Shown: positions 1 through 16,300, numbered from the stretch's first letter. The stretch is DNA of 64,000 nt from the human T2T-CHM13v2.0 reference genome, Homo sapiens (GCF_009914755.1 NC_060940.1); one strand, 5' to 3'. A program made the numbers and translations. Notes: generated by a model not told the origin, from the sequence alone.

Positions 1-3000
1 CTTTGATTCCATTCAATGATTCCATTCGGTTCCGTTTGATGATGATTCCGTTCGATTCCATTTGATGATTCCATTTGATTCCATTGGATGAGTCCATTCG
101 ATTACATTCGATGATTATTCCATTCGAGTGCATTAGATGATTCCATTCGAGTCCATTCGATGATTCCATTCGATTCCATTCGATGTTGATTCTGTTCAAA
201 TCCATTCGATGATTCCACTCGATTCCATTCGTTGACTCCATTTGATCCCATTCGATGATTTCCTTTGATTCCCTTTGATGATCATTCCATTTGATTCAAT
301 TCGGTGATTTCATTTGATTCCATTCAGTGATGTTTCCATTCGACTCCATTCGATGATGATTCCATTCGACTCCATTCGATTATGATTTCATTCAATTCCA
401 TTCGATAATGATTCCCTTCGAGTCCATTCGATGATTCCATTCGATTCCATTCAACGATGATTTGATTCGTGTCCATTCGATGATTCCATTTGATTCCACA
501 TGATGATGATTCCATTCGAGTCCATTTGATGATTCCATTCAATTCCATACTCCGATGATTTCTTTTGAGCCCACTCAATGCTTCCACTCGATTCCATATG
601 ATGATGACTCCATTCGATGAAATTCGATGATGATTCCATTCGCTTGCTTTCGATGATGATTCCACTTGAGTCCGTTAGAAGATTCTATTCAATTACATTC
701 CATGACGATTCCGTTCGAGTCCATTTGATGATTCCATTAGACTCCATTCGACGATGATTCCATTCGATGTTATTCGATGATTCCATTCGATCTCATTCGA
801 TGATGATTCCATTCAACTCCATTCGATGTTTCCATTCGAGTTCATTCTATTATTCCATTAGATTCCATTCGATGATGATTCCATTCGATTCCATTTGATG
901 ATTGCATTCTATTTCATTTGATGATGATTCCATTCGAGTCCACTCGATGATTCCATTCGAGTCCATTTAATGAATCCATTGGTTTCAATTCTATGATGAT
1001 TACATTGGATTCCATTCGTTGATGATTTCATTCGGTTCCATTCAATGATGATTCCATTCAATTCCTTTCAATGTTTCCATTCAATTCCATACGATGATGA
1101 TTCCATTTGATTTGATTCGACAGTGAGCCATTCGATTCAATTCCATGATGATTCTATTTGATTCAATTGGTTGACATTTCCATTCGATTCCATTCGATGA
1201 TGATTCCCTTTGATTCCGTTCCAAGATGATTCCATTCTAGCCCATTCAATCATTCCATTCGATTCTATTCAATGATGATTCCATTCATGTCGATTTGGTG
1301 ATTCCATTTGACTTCATTTGATGATGATTCCTTTCAAGTTCATTAGATGATTCCATTCGATTCCATTTGATGATGATCCCATTCGAGTCCATTCAGTGAT
1401 TCCATTCGTTTCCATTCCATGATGATTCCATTCCTTTCCATTCAATGATTCCATTCGATTCCGTTTGATGATGATTTCATTCGAGTCCATTTGATGATTC
1501 CATTTGATTCCATTCGATGATGATTCCATTCGAGTCCATTCGATGATTCTATTCGAATCCATTTGATGATTTCTTTTGATTATATTTGGTGATGATTCCA
1601 TTGGAGTCCATTCAATGATTCCATTCGATTCCAATCGATGATGATTCCATTAGAGTCCATTTAATGATTCCATTTGATTCCAGTCTCTGATGATTACATT
1701 CGAGTCCATACGATGATTCCACTCAATTCCATATGATGATGATTCCATTTGATTCCATTCGGTGATTCCATTCTATTCTATTCAATGGTGATTCCATTCG
1801 AGTACATTAGATGATTCCATTCGATTCCATTCAATGATGATTCTATTTGTGTCCCTTAGATGATTCCACATGATTCCATTAGATGATGATACTATTTGAG
1901 CCCATCCAATGATTCCCTTCGATTCCATTCGATGAGGATTCCATTCGATTCAATTCATTGGTGATTCTATTCAATTCAATTCTTTGATTCCATTCCATTC
2001 CATTCGACAATGATTCCATTCGATTTCTTTCGATGATTCCACTCGATTCCACTTGACATTGATTCCATTCGATTCCATTCAATGATTCCATTTGATTCCA
2101 GTGGATGATGATTGCCATCGATTCCATTCGATCACTCCATTCTATTCCATTTGATGATGATTACATTCGATTCCATTTGATGATTCCATCTGATTCTATT
2201 CGAGGATTCCATTTGATTCCATTCGATGATGATTCCATTCGAGTCCATTCGATGATTTCATTCGAGTACATCCAATGATTCCATTCGAGTCCATTAGATG
2301 ATTCCATTTGATTCCATTTGAAAATGATTCTACTAGAGTCCATTCAATGACTCCATTCGAGTCCATTCAACAATTCCATTCGACTCCATTCGATGATTCC
2401 ATTCGATTCCATTTGATGGTTCCATTCGAGTCCATTTAATCATTACAGTCGAGTCCATTTGGTGATTCCACTGGATTTCTTTTGATAATGATACCATTCA
2501 ATTGCATTTGATGATGATCCCATTCAATTTCATTTGATGATGATTCCATTAGAGTCCATTCGATGATTTCATTCGAGTCCCTTCATTGATTCCATCCGAT
2601 TTCATTGGATGATGACTCCATTCGAGTCCATTCGATGATTCCACTCGATTCCATTAGATGACTCCATTGGAGTCCATTTGATTGTTCCATTCGATTCCAT
2701 TCGATTCCTTTCGAAGATTATTCCATTTGAGTCCATTCGATGATGATTCCATTCCATTCCATTCGATGATTCCGTTTGATTCCATTCGATGATTCCCTTC
2801 GATTCCTTTCTTTGATGATTCCATTCCATTCCATTCAATGATTCCATTCGAATCTATTCCATGATGATTCCTTTCGATTCCATTCGCTGATGTTTCCGTT
2901 CAATTCCATTCGATGATGATTCCATTCGATTCCATTCATTGAGGATTCCATTTGATTCCATTCAATGATGATTCCATTCTATTCCATTCAATGATTGCAT

Positions 3001-3617
3001 TCAATTCCATTCAATGATTATCCCATTAGAGTAAACTCAACGATTCCATTCAATACCATTCGATGATGATTCCTTTTGAGTCCATTCAATGATTTCATTC
3101 AAGTCCATTTGATGATTCCTTTCAATTCCATTCTATGATGATTCCATTCGAGTCCATTCGATGATTCCATTCGATTGCATTCGATGATTCCATTATATTC
3201 CATTCAACGGTGATTCCATTCGAGTCCATTCCATGATTCCATTAGAGTACATTTAATGATTGCTTTGTTTTCAATTCGAAGATGATTACATTGGATTCCA
3301 TTCTATGATACCATTCGATTCCATTCAATGATGATTCCACTCAAATCCATTGGATGATTCCATTCGTGTCCATTCGGTGATTTCATTAGATTCCATTCGA
3401 GGATGATTCCATTCGATTCCATTCGATGATTCCATTCAATTCCATTCGATGATGATTCCATTCCAGTCCATATGATCATTCCATTTGATTTCATTCGATG
3501 ATGATTCCATTCGATTCCTTTCGACGATTCCATTCTATTCCATTCGATGATGATTCCATTCGAGTCCATTCGATGATTCCATTCGAGTCCATTTAATGAT
3601 TCCATTGGGTTCAATTC

Positions 3618-4399
3618 AATGATGATTACATTGGATTCCGTTCTCTGATTCCATTCAATTCCGTTCATTGACAATTTGATTCCATTCGATGATGATTCCA
3701 TTTGAGTTCATTCGATGATTCTATTCGATTCTCTTCGATGGTGATTCAATTCTATTATATTTGATGATTCCATTCGATTCCATTTGATGTTGATTCAATT
3801 CGATTCTATTCGATGATGATTCCATTGGATTTCACTTGATGATTCTATTCGATTCCATTCAATGATGATTCACTTCTCGTCCATTGGATGATTCCATTTC
3901 ATTCCATTCGATGATGATTCCATTCGATTCCATTCGTTGATTCCATTTGATTCCATGCGACGGTGAGCAATTCGATTCAATTCCATGATGATTCTATTTG
4001 ATTCAATTAGATGATGTTTCCATTCGAATCCATTCCATGATTATTCCATTGGAATCCATTCGGCGATGATTCCATATGAGTCAATTCAATGATGATTCCA
4101 TATGGGTCCGTTCGATGATAATTCCATTTGATTTCATTCGATGCTTCTATTCTATTCCAGTCGATGATGATTCCGTTGGAGTCCATACGATGATTCCATT
4201 TGATTTCATTTCATGATGATTCCATTCGATGATGATTACATTGGATTCCATTCTATGATTCCATTCAATTCCATTCGTTGATGATTCGATTCCATTCAAT
4301 GATGATTCCATTTGAGTTCATTCGATGATTCTATTCGATTCCGTTCGATGGTGATTCAATTCTATTATATTGGATGATTCCACTCGATTCCATTTGATG
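3618..4399 (+). repeat. Internal ~170-bp direct duplication inside the unit (3618-3789 vs 4228-4399, offset 610)
   Basis: GATGATTACATTGGATTCC...TTTGAGTTCATTCGATGATTCTATTCGATTC(TC/CG)TTCGATGGTGATTCAATTCTATTATAT occurs twice per unit (TTTGAGTTCA at 3701 and 4311). Confidence 0.88.
3999..4009 (-). promoter_or_regulatory. DUX4 consensus motif match TAATTGAATCA (one per canonical unit)
   Basis: The + strand reads TGATTCAATTA; its reverse complement fits TAAYBBAATCA. DUX4 binding to HSATII is established, but occupancy of this particular site is not shown. Confidence 0.4.
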
Positions 4400-7300
4400 A
4401 TTATTCCATTGGAGTCCACTTAGTGAATCCTTTAGATTCTACTCGACGATGATTCCATTCGAGTCCATTCGATGATACCATTCAATTCCGTTCGTTGATG
4501 CTTCCATTCAAGTGCATTCGATGATATCATTCGATTCCATTTGATGATAATTCCATTTGATTCCATGCGATGATTCTATTCGATTCCATTCAATGATAAT
4601 TCCATTCAATTCAGTGATTCCTCTGGACTCCATTTGATGATGATTCCATTCAATGATTCCATTCGATTCTATTCGAAAATCATTCCATTTGAATCCATTT
4701 GATGATGATTCCATTAGATTCCATTTGATGATTCCATTCGATTCCATTCGACGATGATTCCATTCGATTCCGTTTGATGATTCCATTCTATTCTATTCGA
4801 TGATGATTCCATTCGATTCCATTCGATGATGATTGGATTCGATTCCATTGGATGATTTCATTTGATTCCAATCGTTAATGATTTCGATCAATTCCATTCG
4901 ATGATTCCATTCGATTCCATTCGATAATGATTACATCCGAGTCCATTCGATGATTCCCTTTGAGCCTGTTCGATAATTCCATTTGAGTCCAACCAATGAT
5001 TCCATTCATTTCCATTCAATGATTCCATTCGAGTCCATTTGATCATTCCGGTAGGGTCCATTCGATGTTGATTCCATTGGAGTGCATTCGATGATTCCAT
5101 TCGAGTCCATTTTAGGATTTGATTCGAGTCCTTTCGATGATTCCATTCGATTCCACTCGATGATGATTTCATTCGAGTCCATTCGACACTTCCAATCGAT
5201 TCCATTTGATGATTCCATTCGAGTCCAATTGATGATTCCATTCAATTCCATTCGATGATGATTCCGTACGATTCCATTCTGTGATGATTCCATGTGATTG
5301 CATTCAATGATGATTCCTTTCGATTGCATTCGATTATGATTCATTTCGTGTTCATTCTATGGTTCCACAGGTTTCCATTCGTGTCCATTCCATTATTCCA
5401 TTCTATTCCATTTGATGATGATTCCATTCGATTCCATTCATTGGTGATTCCACTCAATTCCATTCAATGATTCCATTCCATTTCTTTCAACAATGATTCC
5501 ATTAGTTTCTAATCGATGATCCACTTGATTCCATTTGACGACGATTCCATTCTTGTCCATTCGATGATTCCATTTGATTCCATATGATGATGATTCCATT
5601 CGATTCCATACCATGATGATTCCATTCGAGTCCATTCAATGGTGATTCCATTCAATTCCATTCGATGATTCCTTTCGATTCCATTCGATGATGATGGCAT
5701 TCGATTCCTTTCAATCATTCCCTTTGATTCCATTCAAAGGTGATTTCATTCAAGTCCATTCGATAATTGCATTCGATTCCATTCTATGATGATTCCATTC
5801 GAGTCCATTTGATGATTCCATTCAATTCAAGTCAATGATGATTCCATTCGATTCCATTCGATGATTCCATTGGATTCCATTCGATGATGATTCCATTCAA
5901 ATACATTCGATAATTCAATTCAAGTCCATTCGATGATGATTCCAATCGAATCCATTCAAAGATTCCATTCAGTTCCATTCGATGATTCCCTTAGATTCCA
6001 TTCGATGATTCCACTTGATTGCATTTACGATGATTCCATTCGATTCCATGTGATGATTCCATTCAATTCTATTCAATGATGTCTCCATTTGATTCCATTC
6101 GACCATGATTGCCTTTGATTCCATTCAATGATTCCATTCGGTTCCGTTTGATGATGATTCCGTTCGATTCCATTTGATGATTCCATTTGATTCCATTGGA
6201 TGAGTCCATTCGATTACATTCGATGATTATTCCATTCGAGTGCATTAGATGATTCCATTCGAGTCCATTCGATGATTCCATTCGATTCCATTCGATGTTG
6301 ATTCTGTTCAAATCCATTCGATGATTCCACTCGATTCCATTCGTTGACTCCATTTGATCCCATTCGATGATTTCCTTTGATTCCCTTTGATGATCATTCC
6401 ATTTGATTCAATTCGGTGATTTCATTTGATTCCATTCAGTGATGTTTCCATTCGACTCCATTCGATGATGATTCCATTCGACTCCATTCGATTATGATTT
6501 CATTCAATTCCATTCGATAATGATTCCCTTCGAGTCCATTCGATGATTCCATTCGATTCCATTCAACGATGATTTGATTCGTGTCCATTCGATGATTCCA
6601 TTTGATTCCACATGATGATGATTCCATTCGAGTCCATTTGATGATTCCATTCAATTCCATACTCCGATGATTTCTTTTGAGCCCACTCAATGCTTCCACT
6701 CGATTCCATATGATGATGACTCCATTCGATGAAATTCGATGATGATTCCATTCGCTTGCTTTCGATGATGATTCCACTTGAGTCCGTTAGAAGATTCTAT
6801 TCAATTACATTCCATGACGATTCCGTTCGAGTCCATTTGATGATTCCATTAGACTCCATTCGACGATGATTCCATTCGATGTTATTCGATGATTCCATTC
6901 GATCTCATTCGATGATGATTCCATTCAACTCCATTCGATGTTTCCATTCGAGTTCATTCTATTATTCCATTAGATTCCATTCGATGATGATTCCATTCGA
7001 TTCCATTTGATGATTGCATTCTATTTCATTTGATGATGATTCCATTCGAGTCCACTCGATGATTCCATTCGAGTCCATTTAATGAATCCATTGGTTTCAA
7101 TTCTATGATGATTACATTGGATTCCATTCGTTGATGATTTCATTCGGTTCCATTCAATGATGATTCCATTCAATTCCTTTCAATGTTTCCATTCAATTCC
7201 ATACGATGATGATTCCATTTGATTTGATTTGACAGTGAGCCATTCGATTCAATTCCATGATGATTCTATTTGATTCAATTGGTTGACATTTCCATTCGAT

Positions 7301-10300
7301 TCCATTCGATGATGATTCCCTTTGATTCCGTTCAAAGATGATTCCATTCTAGCCCATTCAATCATTCCATTCGATTCTATTCAATGATGATTCCATTCAT
7401 GTCGATTTGGTGATTCCATTTGACTTCATTTGATGATGATTCCTTTCAAGTTCATTAGATGATTCCATTCGATTCCATTTGATGATGATCCCATTCGAGT
7501 CCATTCAGTGATTCCATTCGTTTCCATTCCATGATGATTCCATTCCTTTCCATTCAATGATTCCATTCGATTCCGTTTGATGATGATTTCATTCGAGTCC
7601 ATTTGATGATTCCATTTGATTCCATTCGATGATGATTCCATTCGAGTCCATTCGATGATTCTATTCGAATCCATTTGATGATTTCTTTTGATTATATTTG
7701 GTGATGATTCCATTGGAGTCCATTCAATGATTCCATTCTATTCCAATCGATGATGATTCCATTAGAGTCCATTTAATGATTCCATTTGATTCCAGTCTCT
7801 GATGATTACATTCGAGTCCATACGATGATTCCACTCAATTCCATATGATGATGATTCCATTTGATTCCATTCGGTGATTCCATTCTATTCTATTCAATGG
7901 TGATTCCATTCGAGTACATTAGATGATTCCATTCGATTCCATTCAATGATGATTCTATTTGTGTCCCTTAGATGATTCCACATGGTTCCATTACATGATG
8001 ATACTATTTGAGCCCATCCAATGATTCCCTTCGATTCCATTCGATGAGGATTCCATTCGATTCAATTCATTGGTGATTCTATTCAATTCAATTCTTTGAT
8101 TCCATTCCATTCCATTCGACAATGATTCCATTCGATTTCTTTCGATGATTCCACTCGATTCCACTTGACATTGATTCCATTCGATTCCATTCAATGATTC
8201 CATTTGATTCCAGTGGATGATGATTGCCATCGATTCCATTCGATCACTCCATTCTATTCCATTTGATGATGATTACATTCGATTCCATTTGATGATTCCA
8301 TCTGATTCTATTCGAGGATTCCATTTGATTCCATTCGATGATGATTCCATTCGAGTCCATTCGATGATTTCATTCGAGTACATCCAATGATTCCATTCGA
8401 GTCCATTAGATGATTCCATTTGATTCCATTTGAAAATGATTCTACTAGAGTCCATTCAATGACTCCATTCGAGTCCATTCAACAATTCCATTCGACTCCA
8501 TTCGATGATTCCATTCGATTCCATTTGATGGTTCCATTCGAGTCCATTTAATCATTACAGTCGAGTCCATTTGGTGATTCCACTGGATTTCTTTTGATAA
8601 TGATACCATTCAATTGCATTTGATGATGATCCCATTCAATTTCATTTGATGATGATTCCATTAGAGTCCATTCGATGATTTCATTCGAGTCCCTTCATTG
8701 ATTCCATCCGATTTCATTGGATGATGACTCCATTCGAGTCCATTCGATGATTCCACTCGATTCCATTAGATGACTCCATTGGAGTCCATTTGATTGTTCC
8801 ATTCGATTCCATTCGATTCCTTTCGAAGATTATTCCATTTGAGTCCATTCGATGATGATTCCATTCCATTCCATTCGATGATTCCGTTTGATTCCATTCG
8901 ATGATTCCCTTCGATTCCTTTCTTTGATGATTCCATTCCATTCCATTCAATGATTCCATTCGAATCTATTCCATGATGATTCCTTTCGATTCCATTCGCT
9001 GATGTTTCCGTTCAATTCCATTCGATGATGATTCCATTCGATTCCATTCATTGAGGATTCCATTTGATTCCATTCAATGATGATTCCATTCTATTCCATT
9101 CAATGATTGCATTCAATTCCATTCAATGATTATCCCATTAGAGTAAACTCAACGATTCCATTCAATACCATTCGATGATGATTCCTTTTGAGTCCATTCA
9201 ATGATTTCATTCAAGTCCATTTGATGATTCCTTTCAATTCCATTCTATGATGATTCCATTCGAGTCCATTCGATGATTCCATTCGATTGCATTCGATGAT
9301 TCCATTATATTCCATTCAACGGTGATTCCATTCGAGTCCATTCCATGATTCCATTAGAGTACATTTAATGATTGCTTTGTTTTCAATTCGAAGATGATTA
9401 CATTGGATTCCATTCTATGATACCATTCGATTCCATTCAATGATGATTCCACTCAAATCCATTGGATGATTCCATTCGTGTCCATTCGGTGATTTCATTA
9501 GATTCCATTCGAGGATGATTCCATTCGATTCCATTCGATGATTCCATTCAATTCCATTCGATGATGATTCCATTCCAGTCCATATGATCATTCCATTTGA
9601 TTTCATTCGATGATGATTCCATTCGATTCCTTTCGACGATTCCATTCTATTCCATTCGATGATGATTCCATTCGAGTCCATTCGATGATTCCATTCGAGT
9701 CCATTTAATGATTCCATTGGGTTCAATTCAATGATGATTACATTGGATTCCATTCTCTGATTCCATTCAATTCCGTTCATTGACAATTTGATTCCATTCG
9801 ATGATGATTCCATTTGAGTTCATTCGATGATTCTATTCGATTCTCTTCGATGGTGATTCAATTCTATTATATTGGATGATTCCATTCGATTCCATTTGAT
9901 GTTGATTCAATTCGATTCTATTCGATGATGATTCCATTGGATTTCACTTGATGATTCTATTCGATTCCATTCAATGATGATTCACTTCTCGTCCATTGGA
10001 TGATTCCATTTCATTCCATTCGATGATGATTCCATTCGATTCCATTCGATGATTCCATTTGATTCCATGCGACGGTGAGCAATTCGATTCAATTCCATGA
10101 TGATTCTATTTGATTCAATTAGATGATGTTTCCATTCGAATCCATTCCATGATTATTCCATTGGAATCCATTCAGCGATGATTCCATATGAGTCAATTCA
10201 ATGATGATTCCATATGGGTCCGTTCGATGATAATTCCATTTGATTTCATTCGATGCTTCTATTCTATTCCAGTCGATGATGATTCCGTTGGAGTCCATAC

Positions 10301-13300
10301 GATGATTCCATTTGATTTCATTTGATGATGATTCCATTCGATGATGATTACATTGGATTCCATTCTATGATTCCATTCAATTCCATTCGTTGATGATTCG
10401 ATTCCATTCAATGATGATTCCATTTGAGTTCATTCGATGATTCTATTCGATTCCGTTCGATGGTGATTCAATTCTATTATATTGGATGATTCCACTCGAT
10501 TCCATTTGATGATTATTCCATTGGAGTCCACTTAGTGAATCCTTTAGATTCTACTCGACGATGATTCCATTCGAGTCCATTCGATGATACCATTCAATTC
10601 CATTCGTTGATGCTTCCATTCAAGTGCATTCGATGATATCATTCGATTCCATTTGATGATAATTCCATTTGATTCCATGCGATGATTCTATTCGATTCCA
10701 TTCAATGATAATTCCATTCAATTCAGTGATTCCTCTGGACTCCATTTGATGATGATTCCATTCAATGATTCCATTCGATTCTATTCGAAAATGATTCCAT
10801 TTGAATCCATTTGATGATGATTCCATTAGATTCCATTTGATGATTCCATTCGATTCCATTCGACGATGATTCCATTCGATTCCGTTTGATGATTCCATTC
10901 TATTCTATTCGATGATGATTCCATTCGATTCCATTCGATGATGATTGGATTCGATTCCATTGGATGATTTCATTTGATTCCATTCGTTAATGATTTCGAT
11001 CAATTCCATTCGATGATTCCATTCGATTCCATTCGATAATGATTACATCCGAGTCCATTCGATGATTCCCTTTGAGCCTGTTCGATAATTCCATTTGAGT
11101 CCAACCAATGATTCCATTCATTTCCATTCAATGATTCCATTCGAGTCCATTTGATCATTCCGGTAGGGTCCATTCGATGTTGATTCCATTGGAGTGCATT
11201 CGATGATTCCATTCGAGTCCATTTTAGGATTTGATTCGAGTCCTTTCGATGATTCCATTCGATTCCACTCGATGATGATTTCATTCGAGTCCATTCGACA
11301 CTTCCAATCGATTCCATTTGATGATTCCATTCGAGTCCAATTGATGATTCCATTCAATTCCATTCGATGATGATTCCGTACGATTCCATTCTGTGATGAT
11401 TCCATGTGATTGCATTCAATGATGATTCCTTTCGATTGCATTCGATTATGATTCATTTCGTGTTCATTCTATGGTTCCACAGGTTTCCATTCGTGTCCAT
11501 TCCATTATTCCATTCTATTCCATTTGATGATGATTCCATTCGATTCCATTCATTGGTGATTCCACTCAATTCCATTCAATGATTCCATTCCATTTCTTTC
11601 AACAATGATTCCATTAGTTTCTAATCGATGATCCACTTGATTCCATTTGACGACGATTCCATTCTTGTCCATTCGATGATTCCATTTGATTCCATATGAT
11701 GATGATTCCATTCGATTCCATACCATGATGATTCCATTCGAGTCCATTCAATGGTGATTCCATTCAATTCCATTCGATGATTCCTTTCGATTCCATTCAA
11801 TGATGATGGCATTCGATTCCTTTCAATCATTCCCTTTGATTCCATTCAAAGGTGATTTCATTCAAGTCCATTCGATAATTGCATTCGATTCCATTCTATG
11901 ATGATTCCATTCGAGTCCATTTGATGATTCCATTCAATTCAAGTCAATGATGATTCCATTCAATTCCATTCGATGATTCCATTGGATTCCATTCGATGAT
12001 GATTCCATTCAAATCCATTCGATAATTCAATTCAAGTCCATTCGATGATGATTCCAATCGAATCCATTCAAAGATTCCATTCTGTTCCATTCGATGATTC
12101 CCTTAGATTCCATTCGATGATTCCACTTGATTGCATTTACGATGATTCCATTCGATTCCATGTGATGATTCCATTCAATTCTATTCAATGATGTCTCCAT
12201 TTGATTCCATTCGACCATGATTGCCTTTGATTCCATTCAATGATTCCATTCGGTTCCGTTTGATGATGATTCCGTTCGATTCCATTTGATGATTCCATTT
12301 GATTCCATTGGATGAGTCCATTCGATTACATTCGATGATTATTCCATTCGAGTGCATTAGATGATTCCATTCGAGTCCATTCGATGATTCCATTCGATTC
12401 CATTCGATGTTGATTCTGTTCAAATCCATTCGATGATTCCACTCGATTCCATTCGTTGACTCCATTTGATCCCATTCGATGATTTCCTTTGATTCCCTTT
12501 GATGATCATTCCATTTGATTCAATTCGGTGATTTCATTTGATTCCATTCAGTGATGTTTCCATTCGACTCCATTCGATGATGATTCCATTCGACTCCATT
12601 CGATTATGATTTCATTCAATTCCATTCGATAATGATTCCCTTCGAGTCCATTCGATGATTCCATTCGATTCCATTCAACGATGATTTGATTCGTGTCCAT
12701 TCGATGATTCCATTTGATTCCACTTGATGATGATTCCATTCGAGTCCATTTGATGATTCCATTCAATTCCATACTCCGATGATTTCTTTTGAGCCCACTC
12801 AATGCTTCCACTCGATTCCATATGATGATGACTCCATTCGATGAAATTCGATGATGATTCCATTCGCTTGCTTTCGATGATGATTCCACTTGAGTCCGTT
12901 AGAAGATTCTATTCAATTACATTCCATGACGATTCCGTTCGAGTCCATTTGATGATTCCATTAGACTCCATTCGACGATGATTCCATTCGATGTTATTCG
13001 ATGATTCCATTCGATCTCATTCGATGATGATTCCATTCAACTCCATTCGATGTTTCCATTCGAGTTCATTCTATTATTCCATTAGATTCCATTCGATGAT
13101 GATTCCATTAGATTCCATTTGATGATTGCATTCTATTTCATTTGATGATGATTCCATTCGAGTCCACTCGATGATTCCATTCGAGTCCATTTAATGAATC
13201 CATTGGTTTCAATTCTATGATGATTACATTGGATTCCATTCGTTGATGATTTCATTCGGTTCCATTCAATGATGATTCCATTCAATTCCTTTCAATGTTT

Positions 13301-16300
13301 CCATTCAATTCCATACGATGATGATTCCATTTGATTTGATTCGACAGTGAGCCATTCGATTCAATTCCATGATGATTCTATTTGATTCAATTGGTTGACA
13401 TTTCCATTCGATTCCATTCGATGATGATTCCCTTTGATTCCGTTCAAAGATGATTCCATTCTAGCCCATTCAATCATTCTATTCGATTCTATTCAATGAT
13501 GATTCCATTCATGTCGATTTGGTGATTCCATTTGACTTCATTTGATGATGATTCCTTTCAAGTTCATTAGATGATTCCATTCGATTCCATTTGATGATGA
13601 TCCCATTCGAGTCCATTCAGTGATTCCATTCGTTTCCATTCCATGATGATTCCATTCCTTTCCATTCAATGATTCCATTCGATTCCGTTTGATGATGATT
13701 TCATTCGAGTCCATTTGATGATTCCATTTGATTCCATTCGATGATGATTCCATTCGAGTCCATTCGATGATTCTATTCGAATCCATTTGATGATTTCTTT
13801 TGATTATATTTGGTGATGATTCCATTGGAGTCCATTCAATGATTCCATTCTATTCCAATCGATGATGATTCCATTAGAGTCCAGTTAATGATTCCATTTG
13901 ATTCCAGTCTCTGATGATTACATTCGAGTCCATACGATGATTCCACTCAATTCCATATGATGATGATTCCATTTGATTCCATTCGGTGATTCCATTCTAT
14001 TCTATTCAATGGTGATTCCATTCGAGTACATTAGATGATTCCATTCGATTCCATTCAATGATGATTCTATTTGTGTCCCTTAGATGATTCCACATGATTC
14101 CATTAGATGATGATACTATTTGAGCCCATCCAATGATTCCCTTCGATTCCATTCGATGAGGATTCCATTCGATTCAATTCATTGGTGATTCTATTCAATT
14201 CAATTCTTTGATTCCATTCCATTCCATTCGACAATGATTCCATTCGATTTCTTTCGATGATTCCACTCGATTCCACTTGACATTGATTCCATTCGATTCC
14301 ATTCAATGATTCCATTTGATTCCAGTGGATGATGATTGCCATCGATTCCATTCGATCACTCCATTCTATTCCATTTGATGATGATTACATTCGATTCCAT
14401 TTGATGATTCCATCTGATTCTATTCGAGGATTCCATTTGATTCCATTCGATGATGATTCCATTCGAGTCCATTCGATGATTTCATTCGAGTACATCCAAT
14501 GATTCCATTCGAGTCCATTAGATGATTCCATTTGATTCCATTTGAAAATGATTCTACTAGAGTCCATTCAATGACTCCATTCGAGTCCATTCAACAATTC
14601 CATTCGACTCCATTCGATGATTCCATTCGATTCCATTTGATGGTTCCATTCGAGTCCATTTAATCATTACAGTCGAGTCCATTTGGTGATTCCACTGGAT
14701 TTCTTTTGATAATGATACCATTCAATTACATTTGATGATGATCCCATTCAATTTCATTTGATGATGATTCCATTAGAGTCCATTCGATGATTTCATTCGA
14801 GTCCCTTCATTGATTCCATCCGATTTCATTGGATGATGACTCCATTCGAGTCCATTCGATGATTCCACTCGATTCCATTAGATGACTCCATTGGAGTCCA
14901 TTTGATTGTTCCATTCGATTCCATTCGATTCCTTTCGAAGATTATTCCATTTGAGTCCATTCGATGATGATTCCATTCCATTCCATTCGATGATTCCGTT
15001 TGATTCCATTCGATGATTCCCTTCGATTCCTTTCTTTGATGATTCCATTCCATTCCATTCAATGATTCCATTCGAATCTATTCCATGATGATTCCTTTCG
15101 ATTCCATTCGCTGATGTTTCCGTTCAATTCCATTCGATGATGATTCCATTCGATTCCATTCATTGAGGATTCCATTTGATTCCATTCAATGATGATTCCA
15201 TTCTATTCCATTCAATGATTGCATTCAATTCCATTCAATGATTATCCCATTAGAGTAAACTCAACGATTCCATTCAATACCATTCGATGATGATTCCTTT
15301 TGAGTCCATTCAATGATTTCATTCAAGTCCATTTGATGATTCCTTTCAATTCCATTCTATGATGATTCCATTCGAGTCCATTCGATGATTCCATTCGATT
15401 GCATTCGATGATTCCATTATATTCCATTCAATGATGATTCCATTGGAGTCCATTCGATGTTTCCACTAGAGTACATTTATTGATTGCTTTGTTTTCAATT
15501 CGAAGATGATTACATTGGATTCCATTCTATGATACCATTCGATTCCATTCAATGATGATTCCACTCAAATCCATTGGATGATTCCATTCGTGTCCATTCG
15601 GTGATTTCATTAGATTCCATTCGAGGATGATTCCATTCGATTCCATTCGATGATTCCATTCAATTCCATTCGATGATGATTCCATTCCAGTCCATATGAT
15701 CATTCCATTTGATTTCATTCGATGATGATTCCATTCGATTCCTTTCGACGATTCCATTCTATTCCATTCGATGATGATTCCATTCGAGTCCATTCGATGA
15801 TTCCATTCGAGTCCATTTAATGATTCCATTGGGTTCAATTCAATGATGATTACATTGGATTCCGTTCTCTGATTCCATTCAATTCCGTTCATTGACAATT
15901 TGATTCCATTCGATGATGATTCCATTTGAGTTCATTCGATGATTCTATTCGATTCTCTTCGATGGTGATTCAATTCTATTATATTGGATGATTCCATTCG
16001 ATTCCATTTGATGTTGATTCAATTCGATTCTATTCGATGATGATTCCATTGGATTTCACTTGATGATTCTATTCGATTCCATTCAATGATGATTCACTTC
16101 TCGTCCATTGGATGATTCCATTTCATTCCATTCGATGATGATTCCATTCGATTCCATTCGTTGATTCCATTTGATTCCATGCGACGGTGAGCAATTCGAT
16201 TCAATTCCATGATGATTCTATTTGATTCAATTAGATGATGTTTCCATTCGAATCCATTCCATGATTATTCCATTGGAATCCATTCGGCGATGATTCCATA

